Shown: positions 12,650-25,010 of the stretch, piece by piece
Numbering within the stretch: the stretch's first letter is position 1
Layout: the number at the start of each line of letters is the position of its first letter
DNA from: Eledone cirrhosa
Lineage: Eukaryota
Direction: 5' to 3'
Assembly (NCBI GenBank): GCA_964016885.1
Contig: OZ024743.1
Span: forward strand, 105,958,001-106,022,000
Length of the DNA: 64,000 nt
Translations under genes and position numbers: made by a program
Notes under the pieces: model-generated
The model's input: only the letters and a program-made list of their open reading frames with translations
The model's database searches: none
What the model was told of the DNA's origin: nothing

Positions 12650-15600
12650 AAAAAAAAACAACAAAAATAAAACCCCGTGACCAAGAAATACCGGGATGGC
12701 GGCCGGCGGGGAATAGCCATGTCTCTAGGGGAGAACGACCCCTCTAGTCTTGGTTGACACTCGTTCTAGAAGTGGTAACACGAAAAGATTACCCCTTGGC
12801 GGATAAGGATAAAACGCGACAAAATAAAGTAGATGTCTAATGATGAAATCTCATACCGGATCGGCCGTCACCCGGGTAAAAAAGGGCCGCGTCCCTCAGA
12901 GAGGAACCAGACTGGGGTCGAAAAATCAGCTAATGGTTCAAACCTTCCCATCACTTCGGAGCTGGAGACCTCCCATAACCGGAATACTCCTACTGTTGGC
13001 CCTCCATGCTCACCACCAAGAAATCCAAAGAAAAAGAGAGAAAAATGGTCAAGGGAAGATAATAAAGAAGTCCTTGAGGCTTTCTATACTGCCATGTACT
13101 ACCCATCAAATACATCGAATACAGAGCAAACATATATCAACTGGAAAAAGAAACATCCCGAAAACAGAGGCTATATTGACAGTAACAAACTAGCCAATAT
13201 ACGAAGAAATATTGTAAGAAAAAAGTTACTAACTGATATAGAAATTGATCAGATCAAGCTAGTAGCACAAAGTCAGCGAAGGGAAAATGAAGCACGTGTC
13301 AGTGAAAACGAGGTAAACTGTAACACTTCGTATCCCAGAGTTGGGGCGGAATCACTGGCAACAGAACAAATTAAAGAAAGGAGCGAAAAAGTGGAGGGAG
13401 TGCATGCTCAGGATGAAACTCCAAATGAAAATAATGAGATCGTAAATGATAAAGAAATGAATGAGAATGAACTTGCCAACTTGAAGGATGAAATTATGAT
13501 CGAATGGATGAAAATGAAAGAAACTGACATGGGGGAACGAGACACCCTCCCTAAGATCCAGAACTCCAAACAGAACCAAAAGATAATACACAAGACTAAC
13601 ATAATTCTCAAAAACATTATCATCACAAACAAAATAAACATTACTGACTTAAATCATCTCTATTATGCATCGGCTAAAGTCACCACTCACTTATGTGGAG
13701 TGAAGATGAAAAAACAAAGGAATTCCCACAAGAAATCTACTTGGCAAGATAACATCAATCGCCAAATAAACCTTCTCCGATCTGACATAGAAATTTTAAC
13801 AAACTATAAAGTAGGTGAACATGTTAAACAAACTAAACTTAGAAAATTGAAAAAAAAGTACAGTATAAGATCAACATGTGACATAGACATGCTGATAGAA
13901 ACAATCAAGCAAAAAGTGTCGGCCAAAGCTGCTCGTATAAGGCGCTTTGAAAAACGATCTAGATTCTATAAGGACAATAATATGTTCAAAAACAACCAAA
14001 GAAACTTCTACAGAAAAATTGGTAAGTCAACAATAACTGCTAAATCAATACCACCCAAGGAGGAAGTGCAAGAATTCTGGGAAAAGATCTGGGCCGAAGA
14101 AAAAGTTCATAACATACATGCCCCATGGATAGACAGACAAATGAAAGAAACAGCTCACCTTGAAGAACAAACATGGGAAAATATAACAGTTGAACAGCTG
14201 CGCTTGGCTCTAAGAAAAACCAGCAAATGGAAATCCCCAGGAAAAGACAAAATACAAAACTTTTGGATAAATGCCTTCACAGAGTCTCATGAGCTGTTGG
14301 CCCAACTTTACAATGAAATAGTTAAGGAGCCAGAAAAGATACCATCATGGCTAGTTAACGGCATTACATTCCTGCTACCGAAGAATGATGAGACAAACAA
14401 TCCCAAAAATTACAGACCGATAACCTGCTTGACCACAATGTATAAAATTTTAACATCAGTCCTAACTGAATACACATATGACCACCTGATAACAAATGAC
14501 CTATTTCCCATTGAGCAGAAAGGGTGTAAACGAGGCTCATATGGCTGTAAGGATCAGCTTCTGGTTAACAAAATGATACTGGAAGATTGTCATAATAGAC
14601 ACAAAAATCTATCGATTGCTTGGATAGATTATAAAAAAGCATTTGATAGTTTGCCACACAGTTGGATTGAAAAATGTTTAGAGATTTTCAAAATATCCCC
14701 CGTTGTCAGGAGGTTTTTGTCATTCAGTATGAGGACATGGAGAACGACACTCCTTTTGAATAGTGAAACAAAATCACTGGAAGCTGGAGAAGTTAACATT
14801 AATTGTGGAATTTTTCAGGGTGACTCTTTATCACCGCTTTTATTCTGCATCGCACTTATACCATTAAGTAAAATGCTCAATGAAACAAAACATGGATATA
14901 GAGTCTATGACAAAACCATTAATCACCTGTTCTACATGGATGACCTGAAACTATTCGCAAAAAATGATGAACAATTGCAAGGGCTATTATCCACTGTGAA
15001 GCAGTTCAGTGATGACATTAAAATGGAGTTTGGACTGGATAAATGCGCCAAAGCAACGTTCACCAGAGGAAAGCTACTGAAGAGTTCAGACATTAATCTT
15101 GATCGGGGGAACGTGATAAGAGAGCTTGATCAAGAACAAACTTACAAATATCTAGGTGTTTGTGAAGGAGACGGAATCAAGCACTCGACAATGAGGGAAA
15201 GGATAAGGAAGGAATGTTACCGCAGAGTCAGAGCAATCTTAAGAACGGAATTGAATGCAAGGAATAGGATCGATGCCATAAACACGCTTGCCATACCAGT
15301 AGTAACCTACAGTTACAATGTCATCAACTGGTCAAGCACAGAGATCCGTAGGCTCGATACAAAAATCCGAAAATTCTTAACCATGCACAGAATGCATCAC
15401 CCTAAGGCAGACATAGATAGAATATATCTCCCTAGGAAAGAAGGAGGACGTGGGTTAATCCAGTTAGACATTGCGTTGAAAACTGCAACAATTGGATTAT
15501 CCACATATCTAAGGGAATCACATGATTGGATGATCAAACTCGTTTTGAAACACGAAAGCACCAAAAGATCATATTCCATTACAAAAGATGCACAAAGATA

Positions 15601-16625
15601 CAGTAATGGACTACAAATTTCAGAAGTCCCATTTACTGCTGAAATGGAAAACACAGAAAAAGCAAAGCAGGTAAAAGTAACTGCAAAGAAAGAACTGCTA
15701 CAGAAACTGGCTAAGAAATGGCAAGAAAAGCCTCTGTATGGAAAATACCCAGAGCGAGCTAACAATCCTGATGTTGACAAAACTTTAACCCATCAGTGGT
15801 TGGCATCCTCTGGACTGAAATCGGAGACTGAAGGACTGATTATCTCCGCACAAGATCAGTGTCTGCCAACAAAAAATTACCAAGCCAACATAATAAAAAA
15901 TGGGTGCAGCCCATTATGCCGTGTATGCAAAAAACAACCAGAGACCATTGACCATATAATTTCAATGTGCAGTCCTATAGCTCCAACCGAATACCTAAAC
16001 AGGCATGACAGAGCTGCACAATACATACATTGGATAATGTGTAAGCATTTTGACCTGCCCCATCAAAAGAATTGGTGGGAGCATCAACCACTTCCCATAC
16101 TTGAAAAAGATCACATCTCAATCTTGTGGAACTTTAGCATCCAAACAGACCGAAAAATAGATGCAAATAGACCTGATATAATATTGAAGGACTTTCAAAG
16201 GAGGGTATGCCTGCTAATTGATATGTCTGTTCCAATAGACAAGAATGTATCTATAAAAACATTTGAAAAATTGAGCAAGTATAAGGACCTGGAGATAGAA
16301 ATTGGAAAAATGTGGAAATTGAGAACTAAAACAATACCAGTGGTTGTAGGCGCTCTGGGAATGATACCTAAGGGGTCTAACGACTACTTATCGCAAATCC
16401 CAGGAAACCCGCGTATAGGAGAAATACAAAAGATAGTACTAATGGGAACTGCCCATATACTAAGGAAGATCCTGTCAATATAAGTACATCACAAGTCTAA
16501 ACACTAAGGATGCATGTGTGAATATGTGTGTTCTTTCTTGAACATGGCGGACCTTGTTGTCTCTTGAGGTCACTGGTTGTGACTTGGTGATAACTCGTAT
16601 AAACATAAAGCAAGATAAATGCAAA
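12650..16625 (+). mobile_element. Apparently intact full-length R4/Dong-like RLE non-LTR retrotransposon
   Basis: Single uninterrupted 1216-aa ORF with short UTRs and (TAA)n on both sides. Dong elements are known to target TAA repeats. Confidence 0.92.
12833..16483 (+). CDS. Reverse transcriptase / restriction-like (PD-D/ExK) endonuclease polyprotein
   Basis: [76 protein letters not shown] and RPD..LIDMSV..KLSKY. No APE domain. Confidence 0.95.
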   Translation: MSNDEISYRIGRHPGKKGPRPSERNQTGVEKSANGSNLPITSELETSHNRNTPTVGPPCSPPRNPKKKREKWSREDNKEVLEAFYTAMYYPSNTSNTEQTYINWKKKHPENRGYIDSNKLANIRRNIVRKKLLTDIEIDQIKLVAQSQRRENEARVSENEVNCNTSYPRVGAESLATEQIKERSEKVEGVHAQDETPNENNEIVNDKEMNENELANLKDEIMIEWMKMKETDMGERDTLPKIQNSKQNQKIIHKTNIILKNIIITNKINITDLNHLYYASAKVTTHLCGVKMKKQRNSHKKSTWQDNINRQINLLRSDIEILTNYKVGEHVKQTKLRKLKKKYSIRSTCDIDMLIETIKQKVSAKAARIRRFEKRSRFYKDNNMFKNNQRNFYRKIGKSTITAKSIPPKEEVQEFWEKIWAEEKVHNIHAPWIDRQMKETAHLEEQTWENITVEQLRLALRKTSKWKSPGKDKIQNFWINAFTESHELLAQLYNEIVKEPEKIPSWLVNGITFLLPKNDETNNPKNYRPITCLTTMYKILTSVLTEYTYDHLITNDLFPIEQKGCKRGSYGCKDQLLVNKMILEDCHNRHKNLSIAWIDYKKAFDSLPHSWIEKCLEIFKISPVVRRFLSFSMRTWRTTLLLNSETKSLEAGEVNINCGIFQGDSLSPLLFCIALIPLSKMLNETKHGYRVYDKTINHLFYMDDLKLFAKNDEQLQGLLSTVKQFSDDIKMEFGLDKCAKATFTRGKLLKSSDINLDRGNVIRELDQEQTYKYLGVCEGDGIKHSTMRERIRKECYRRVRAILRTELNARNRIDAINTLAIPVVTYSYNVINWSSTEIRRLDTKIRKFLTMHRMHHPKADIDRIYLPRKEGGRGLIQLDIALKTATIGLSTYLRESHDWMIKLVLKHESTKRSYSITKDAQRYSNGLQISEVPFTAEMENTEKAKQVKVTAKKELLQKLAKKWQEKPLYGKYPERANNPDVDKTLTHQWLASSGLKSETEGLIISAQDQCLPTKNYQANIIKNGCSPLCRVCKKQPETIDHIISMCSPIAPTEYLNRHDRAAQYIHWIMCKHFDLPHQKNWWEHQPLPILEKDHISILWNFSIQTDRKIDANRPDIILKDFQRRVCLLIDMSVPIDKNVSIKTFEKLSKYKDLEIEIGKMWKLRTKTIPVVVGALGMIPKGSNDYLSQIPGNPRIGEIQKIVLMGTAHILRKILSI

Positions 16626-16730
16626 TAATAATAATAATAATAATAATAAGAAGAAGAAGAAGTAGAAGAAGAAGAAAGAGAAGAAGAATGATGATGATGA
16701 TGATGATGAGGAGGAGGAGGATGAGGGTGA
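16624..16730. repeat. Compound trinucleotide microsatellite (TAA)n(GAA)n(TGA)n(GGA)n
   Basis: Read directly, immediately after the LINE 3' end. Confidence 0.9.
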
Positions 16731-17252
16731 TGTGTGGCCGCCCAAAATATATCCAGTTAGATCTGACGCTTCTGTTCATCATTTAAAGGTGAAGTAATGG
16801 ATTTAAGCGTTGATTTCTACCTATTGCTTGGATTTTATGATCCTTTGCCTATATTTCAAACCAATATTATGAAACCATTAGAAATACTGTCTAAATGACT
16901 CGGAAGATCACATTTTCATTTGAACCTTCCAAGGTCGAGAAGTGCAAGTGACTTACTAGACTGTATATCTCAGATCATAATGCACTACATAGTGTATAGT
17001 TAAATTCAATACATGGAAAACTATAATTTCAGAATTTTTTGTTTTCAGTTTTCATATTAGGTGGACAGTGCAATATGGAACTAGTGGTCAACGGGGAAGA
17101 AATTTGCCGAGAGAATTCGACGAAGAACCTTTTCTAATTTTGTGCCGGGAGGAAGGCGGAATGTGGTTCATATGTGCATAAATTTTAACAATGTAGCAAG
17201 TAAATTATAATTTCAACTACATCGAATATAACTTATTATTTGTGTACAGAGA

Positions 17253-17437
17253 GGGTGGTGGATTGGCAGTATCGGTAGAGGGTCGGATGCCATGCATTGC
17301 AACATAGAGTTACGGCCTTTATTATCTGAGTTCAAATTCTGCAGAGGTTAACTTTGCCTTTCATCCTTACGGGGTCGATAAAATAAAGTACCATAATGCA
17401 CTGGGTAATTGCTGGCCTTGTGCCTAACGTAGAAACA
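17253..17437 (+). mobile_element. tRNA-derived SINE with 15-bp TSD
   Basis: Family sequence flanked by attatttgtgtacag at 17235-17249 and 17438-17452. Confidence 0.9.
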
Positions 17438-17682
17438 ATTATTTGTGTACAGGATGGATATGCTTTTGTTCTGATAATTCTGTCTATTTTACAAGCAGAG
17501 TTAGACTTATCATAGTGCATTCAATCGTGATAAAATATAGGCCTGTCCAGATGTAACTAAAACAGATCTGTTGAAGGACAGCTGAAGATCAGGAACTCCC
17601 AGATTGGTTTCCGATTTTCATTCGTTTTTTGTCTCCAACCCTCACTCTCTTGTTTCCATTTTGCCATCTCTCTGTCTCAATC

Positions 17683-17810
<128 letters not shown>

Positions 17811-20203
17811 TGAGTAAATGTATATATAGAGTCGGTTAGAGGGCAACGTTTTTTAATTACTGTACGTACCTACGTACCACTACTACGAACCCCCAACGCT
17901 ACAACGCATAGAGGGTGATTCCTGTTTAAAATGTGTTAATGTATTCAGCATATATATATATATATGTAAGAATAATTTGTGAAACGAACATTTTATATTG
18001 AATATCTACTCCGAATATTGCATGAATACTAGCTTTGATGCATCACATGGAATATAGAAGTGCAGAGTAGTGTACACATATAGGCTGTATTATTCTGTCG
18101 TCCCACCGAAGTATATTACTATGTTTTGAATATAGTGAGCCGTTGTTTGCTAGTCTGATTCTATTCTCGCTGCTTTCTGTCACGTAAATCCTCGATGTTA
18201 AATATAGTAATATAGTTATCACACACGATTTTAATGCTTAATATTATATCGATTTTGTGATAATGTATCGATTTTTGTTCCTTTCCATATCTTGCCACGT
18301 TGTACAATAGCATTCTTTCTGAACGGCTTTAGGATAACGTTAAACATTGTGAAAAAAAAATGGTTCTATTTGTTGCAGTCTTTTAACGAAGGAAATAAAT
18401 GCATTAACAATAAATTCACGAGTTAAATATAGCATTTTGTATGATAGATTGTTAAATTCAACCTTTGTATACCACAGACCATATTTAATATTGTAAAGCA
18501 TTCTAGTTAAAGTTAAGGTTAAGATAAAAGAATGCCATATTTGCAAACAATTCTCTTTCATCTTAACAATATGACTAAATAAATGATAACGTATTATTAG
18601 GAAAAGGGTTTGTTATTTATCTATTCAATATATGAAAAAATAGCACGCGCTTTCATAGACAATATCTAAAACTGTTCCGAGCAAAATATTCTTTTAATTC
18701 ATTCACGTTATCTTTGTAAATGTCACATGTACAAGATGGGCAAGGTGGTAGAATGTCAGCCATCATTTATGTTTCCCAATCGAATATCTCATTTGTGTTA
18801 TTTCACTCACACTTACATTTCATCCGGTCCCTGACCGGAGAATAAATACATATAGTGTACAATAAACATTTCACAATATTTATGTATATAAACAAGTTTT
18901 CGTTGTGTTTATTCAGAATAACTAACTAATTGTATTGACTCTCTACTTTTAGTCTATGAAGTAGAAATGATAAGCTATTGAAATTTCTCCTAACGCGCTA
19001 GTGTTTTTAAATGTGCTGCATATAATAATCATTAGAGGATGCTCTTTATTTTATAAATGGCCGCTTGCACCTACCTGTCGGGGAAAAATTAATGGCGGCT
19101 TAAATATGTTATTCACATTCGGAGATTTGACTTCCATTTGTTTAGTGCTTCATAAAGCGGATTAAATCCTGGACATATTGATCTGTGATTTTCGTCTACC
19201 ATTAACTAATCCTTTCTCCTGGGGATTTAACATGATAGAATTAAATACATAATACGAAGATTGATTAAATTGTAATTAGTAGTTGTATCTTACACACAAC
19301 ACAAAGGTATTCTATCTTTTTCTGCTCATGAAAACACCCTAATTGCACATGTTTTTATATTCATTTTTTTGTTATAAAACACTTTGATATGAGGGTGAAT
19401 TGGCTGCTGTTTCAGACAAAGCACTACATTGGACGTTTCGTAATTCGCTTGTGGAATGTATTACTCAATGTATATGACAATCAATTCAATGAATTTTTTT
19501 TATTATAACTTTTAAAAATGAACTTTTGAATATTAGTAATCACATGCAGCATTTATTTTTAAGAACTGAGACTATCATTCAAACTCATTGTTCTATGCTC
19601 ATATGACATACATATCTGGAATACATTAAATATGTTTTACATAATTTAGTTCATAAAATCTATATCAAATATATATATAAATTCCAACCTCTACTTAATG
19701 GACTAAACTTCGGACTAAACTAAAACTGGAACGAACAATGAACCATAGCCCAACATTCTTACGTTCTCTAAAGAGTTACCCCCCTAACACTCTACCTAAT
19801 CCTTTTTCTTATATAAATGAATTACCCCCTCTCCTCTCTTTCCCCTACCTGACCATCCTGAATTACCTTTCCCTGCATATTAACTCTCTAAAAAGGGAAA
19901 ACATATCCAACCCCAGACTACCATTTGCCTCCATCATGGATCAACTTCTCCAAGCGCTCCTGGTATAATAACACTTTTTGAACTGCTTATCCTCAAGAAC
20001 TATGGCTGTAAATAATATTATTCTTTCTTTCCCATTACCTTATCATGTTCCACATCACCCATATTTTTTACTTCAAAAACCTTTTTTGTAAATAATACTA
20101 TTCTTTCTTTCCCATTTCAATAACATGTTCAACATCAGCTTATTTTCTCTCCTATATTTTATACCAATATAAATTCCCCCCTTTTTTTCTCTGACACTCA
20201 CAT

Positions 20204-20240
20204 AATTTGATAATGCATAAAATGCCGAAACCGGTAATTG
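20204..20240 (+). ncRNA. Degenerate minimal hammerhead ribozyme motif
   Basis: aat-TTGATAA-t-gcat-aaa-atgc-c-GAAA-ccgg-TA-att. The stem III palindrome is ACCGGT. The core has two substitutions relative to CUGAUGA. Confidence 0.5.
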
Positions 20241-20439
20241 ACAATTATTAAATGAATAAATAAATAAATTCTATTGCTAATTAATAAATAATTTAACTAA
20301 TACCTTAACACTTCACACAAAGTCAAATATTTTATTTTAAACATTTTCTAGCCCAGAAAAAAAAGAGAAAAAAATAAAGGAAAAACAAATATTTTTCTTC
20401 CTAATAATCGTTTTTTTCTCCCTATTTCCACACACACAC

Positions 20440-20528
<89 letters not shown>

Positions 20529-20617
20529 GCATATATATATATATACATATACATATATTTATATATATATATATAAATATAGAAGGGGAATTTAATTTGG
20601 AAATACGACAAATATAA

Positions 20618-20884
20618 ATGTTTATAATTGATTTAGAGCACTCAACAGTTTCTCTTTCAAACCTGATATGGAACTTAAAATGCAAGAATATAGACTATTC
20701 ATTAGCTTTGGAAAGAGTTTCAAAAGCACCCGCGAACCGAAACACAGCTTTATCTAGATTCGGCAAATTGTCTATTGAGGACATTTTTTATATACTTAAC
20801 TGTAAAAACTCAATTAATCTAAGAACGAATTTATTTAATTCTTGTAGACATTGCCAGAATTTCAACATTCAGAACTATATATAA
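20618..20884 (+). pseudogene. Penelope-like element endonuclease C-terminal remnant
   Basis: SLSNLIWNLKCKNIDYSL...FYILNCKNSINLRTNLFNSCRH resembles, from memory, the LS.YIW.LK...LLN.RSEL.SKCRH tail of PLE GIY-YIG proteins. A hammerhead-like motif lies 400 bp upstream. Confidence 0.55.
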
Positions 20885-21032
20885 CTTATAATTATATTTA
20901 TAATATTCCTATTAATCTCCATAACAATCTCATCTACTTGGTTTTAATATATTGATATATCTAAATCATAATATCTCTAACATTTGTTTTACTTCCACTT
21001 CTTAAAAGTGTTCATGCAATATATGCGTATAT

Positions 21033-21125
21033 AATTCTAATTTTTTAAAATTCTAATTTTTTAAAATTCTAATTTTTTAAAATTCTAATTTTTTAAAATT
21101 CTAATTTTTTTAAATTCGAATTTTT
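21033..21125. repeat. 16-bp minisatellite (aattctaattttttaa), about 5.5 copies
   Basis: Read directly. Confidence 0.9.
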
Positions 21126-21815
21126 TTTTTTTTTTATTTCTTTAATAATTACTTATCGCTTAAAAAATTATCTTTTTAAAAAGATTTTTTCAAAATTTTC
21201 TCAAAAATCTTTTCAAAAATTTTCTCAAGATTAAAAAAAAAAATTGTTTTTTTAATTTCTATTTTTTTTTCAATATTTTTTCAATATAACTTTTCAATAT
21301 TTTTTCAATAGATTAATAACACTAACTGACTCTGGCTAAATGTATCTTAAACATCTATACTTATTTTGAATAAATAGTCTCACACTAACAAATAAATAAA
21401 TAAAACCGATATTTTTTCCTTATTTTCCCTTTCCAATCATATAAATATAAATATTCTTACTTAACTCAGTTAATTTAATTTAATTTAATTTTAAATCATT
21501 CTCAATTTTAAATACATATTTATTTACATAAAATACAAAACCAATATCCCTCATAACTCATTAGAACAACTATCTATAACATGATATACACATCTATTTA
21601 TTTATTTATTTATCTACTTATAAACGAATGAAAAATATTATATTATAAACAAATCTTAAACAACTAATAATCGTAAAATATCCTCTTAATATAAATATAC
21701 ATATTATTAAGATATATATTTACATATATACAAATATAATTGTCCGAATATATTTCCCTCAAATTAACGTTATATGATGTTTTTTTTATATATCTTCGCT
21801 TTTTTCCTTCTCTTC

Positions 21816-21882
<67 letters not shown>

Positions 21883-22044
21883 ACTATTTTGTCCTTCTTC
21901 TCTTCTCTCTTCTCTCCCTCCATAGTCGTTTAAATAAAAGGTTGTTTTTCATTATTTACATATTCATTTGCATATTCACCCATAAGTTTGAAAAATCCCT
22001 AATACATGTCCACTATCCAGAGAATATCCAACTGATAAGGTATA

Positions 22045-22184
22045 ATTTTCCTGGGTATGTCTCTATTTATTATACAAACTTTGTATTTTAACTGAAGAAA
22101 CGTACCAAAGTCTTTTGGTACCCTTGAATCATATATAATAAAATAAATATGGTTTTATAAATGTAATTTCCATTTATTTAATAT

Positions 22185-22190
<6 letters not shown>
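22045..22190 (+). mobile_element. Short hammerhead-bearing repeat module (family A) ending in (TA)n
   Basis: Homologous to 30670-30800 and 37601-37738. It contains CTGAAGA (22092-22098), a stem II hairpin gtaccaaag/ttttggtac, GAAT (mutated GAAA) and catata-TA-ataaaata. Confidence 0.75.
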
Positions 22191-22244
<54 letters not shown>

Positions 22245-23339
22245 TTATATATGAATACGATTTCGCAGTCGTATACGTATTGCGGAAGCTTAATTTTTAT
22301 TGGACATATAATTTGACGTGTTTTCTTATGAGGTTGAGGAAATTATTTTAATTTCATTTCATTATAGACAAATTTCCAGACTATATAACTACGTAAATTG
22401 TAACCAGTGACAAATATTAGAATAAATAATATTCTCATGGAATCTTTTGGCTGTAATTTACCAATCACATTTGATCTGATTTCTCTTTGTTATTCTAGAT
22501 GTTTTTATAATCGGTTTAATTTGACTATGCTAAATGGTCTCCATGTATAAAGAACTCGATAGCATAACATACTCTCATTTTCAAAAATAGAATAGAGATG
22601 CAAATTGAACTACATCATATCAAACGAGTAAATGAGTAGTAAAAACTGAATTGATTGAACAGCAATTTTCGTGTTGATGTCGAGTGTTTATTTCGTGAAT
22701 CCTAACTTGATTTCTTTTTTGTTGAAAATTGGGAAACTGTGTTGGAATACTACACATATCGTACACCGTACTGAGTAATTTAAAACACTTTTTTTCTTAT
22801 CTTTCAGCATCATATTTTATATCCTAAAGCTTCGATTATTTTTTTAAAAACATTTACGTTAGGAACAATATTCTAGAAGACTGTGTTATATGACAATTAC
22901 CCTTTCATATAAATTAGTAATCACGTTACAAGCCAAGAATTAATTTAGAATACATTACATTATAATTATTGACATACGCTGTCTAGGGTACTGCTATATA
23001 TAAAGCAATAACATATGGGCTACTGAAAGGAATATATATAAATCAAATAGGAGATATGATTGGTAGGCAAACCCTGAGTTTAGTATAGAGAAAAATTTAG
23101 TGAATACTTTCAGTTTCCAATTTTACAAAGATTTAAATTATGATGTTTCTAGCCAATGAATCTGAAATGAGGACTTTCAAAGATGTGCTGATATATGGCT
23201 ACATATATGGAATACTTTTAAACTCAAATTATATAAATATTTAACAACAAAATAATCATATATTTGCTCTCATAAAAACGGCATTTATATATATTACACA
23301 CACACACGCACATATGTATATATATATATTCTTTTTTTC

Positions 23340-25010
23340 TCACCCACTTAAGCCTGAGAGGGTCCTTGAGGGCAGATTCCTCAAACACTTCTTCCAATGA
23401 GTCCTGTCAGATGCAACTGTCTCCAACTGGTCCTGCTGGATCCTCAAGCAAGACCAGCCAAGCTCATGGAAGTTATCTAAACTTCTTCCTCGGTTTGTCT
23501 GCTGTCGGTTTGTTTGGCTCGTAAAATCTGCCCATGGATTCTTTCCTGGGACAGTCTAACCATATGCCCATAGTATCGGTGTTGTAATATCTCAATTCGG
23601 AGGAGTACCGGCTCTACATGGAGTGATTCTCTTATCTCCGAGATACGCACTCTATCGAGTAACGTTACTCCAAAAACCCTTCGGAGTAACCTCATTTTGG
23701 TCGCTTGAGTTCGCGATCGTATTATATAAGACATTACCAAAGATGCATGACAATAGTTAAGAGTTAGCACAAATACCTAATTGAATATTGAAAATGTTGG
23801 TTATACACCTGATGACCGAATGCTGAAGCTGGCGTATTACTGCACCAATTATCTGCTGCACTTAATTCAGTCTCCTGTCTACCATTACTCGTGAACAGGG
23901 CCCTGAGCTACTTGAAGTTCTCCACCTGCGTCAGTGGAACGCCAGCTAAATGTAAAGTGGGACGTGCAGGACTTTTTTGAGAGGGCGAGTATCTCTGTTT
24001 TCTGAATGCAGAGCTTCATTCCAGCCATAGAGGAGACGGCATCAAACCGACCATTTGGAAGTCGGAGATCACCTTCTGTCAAGTTAAGGAACATCATGTC
24101 TGCAAATTTCGACCGACTTATTTTACACACCCGCCTGTTGTAATAACACTTCCAACCCAACTGTGCAAGTCAAACTTGTTCATGTAAATAATTGTCCCTA
24201 CTTTTGGTACAAGGCCAGCAATTATTCCAGTGTATTACTCGTACTTTATTTTATCGACCCCGTAAGGATGAAAGGCAAAGTTAACTTCGGCGGGATTTGA
24301 ACTCAGTCCGTAAAGGGACGTAACTGTGCTGCAAAGCATGGCGTCCGACCCTTTACCGATACTGCGAATCCAATGTAAATAATGACTTGCAGAGCTGCGA
24401 ATACGCACCCATGGTGGAGTGTGACTCCCACATTGAGTGGTTTAGACGTAGCACCGTTTATCCGAACACAAATACTCGGGCATTTGCATAGAGACATCAA
24501 TGCAGCAAAAAGCTGACCATCTATCCCATCCTCCTACAGAACCTCCCACAATAAGTCCCGAGGAACGCAGTCGTACGTCTTTTCGAGGTCTACAAAATAA
24601 TAACATACCTCTTGGCAATTCTCCCTATATTTCTTGAATACCTGCCGCAATGTGAGTATTTAGTCGGTGGTGCTGCATCCGTGTCGAACACCGCACTGTT
24701 CATCAGCTAGCATGGATCCGACAATATTCCTGCATCATTTTGCCAGACACTTAGCATAGACCTTACCGGAGGGACTTAACGAGGAGATCCACTTTACTTA
24801 GAATAATCTTACTTGTCTCCCTTTTTGAAAATTGTGATTATCAATATGGATTGCCATTGCTTAGTTGTCTTTCCAGAGATCCAGCCCTCCTGGAACACGG
24901 GAGTCAACCAACGAATACATTTTCTATTTAAGGCTTTCAATACCTCAGGCTGTATTTCATCTTTCGCGGTGGCCTTGCCACGTTGGACGCTCAACTGATG
25001 GACCGCAGAA
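23340..25010 (-). pseudogene. Degenerate RTE-clade LINE remnant interrupted by a SINE
   Basis: Minus-strand fragments: DEIQPEVLKAL, IITIFKKGDK, ADEQCG, DLEKTYD, KPLNVGVTLHHGC, MRLLRRVFGVTLLDRVR and RYYGHMVR. Homologous to 41340-42500. Confidence 0.8.
24190..24372 (-). mobile_element. tRNA-derived SINE inserted in the RTE remnant
   Basis: Reverse complement of the family sequence, with atgtaaataat on both sides. Confidence 0.88.

Noticed and set aside
3408-15780. Antisense and alternate-frame ORFs overlapping the LINE ORFs (e.g. 3408-3851, 7937-8446, 10682-11272, 15397-15780)
   Set aside because: They are shadows of the real retrotransposon reading frames and have no motifs of their own.
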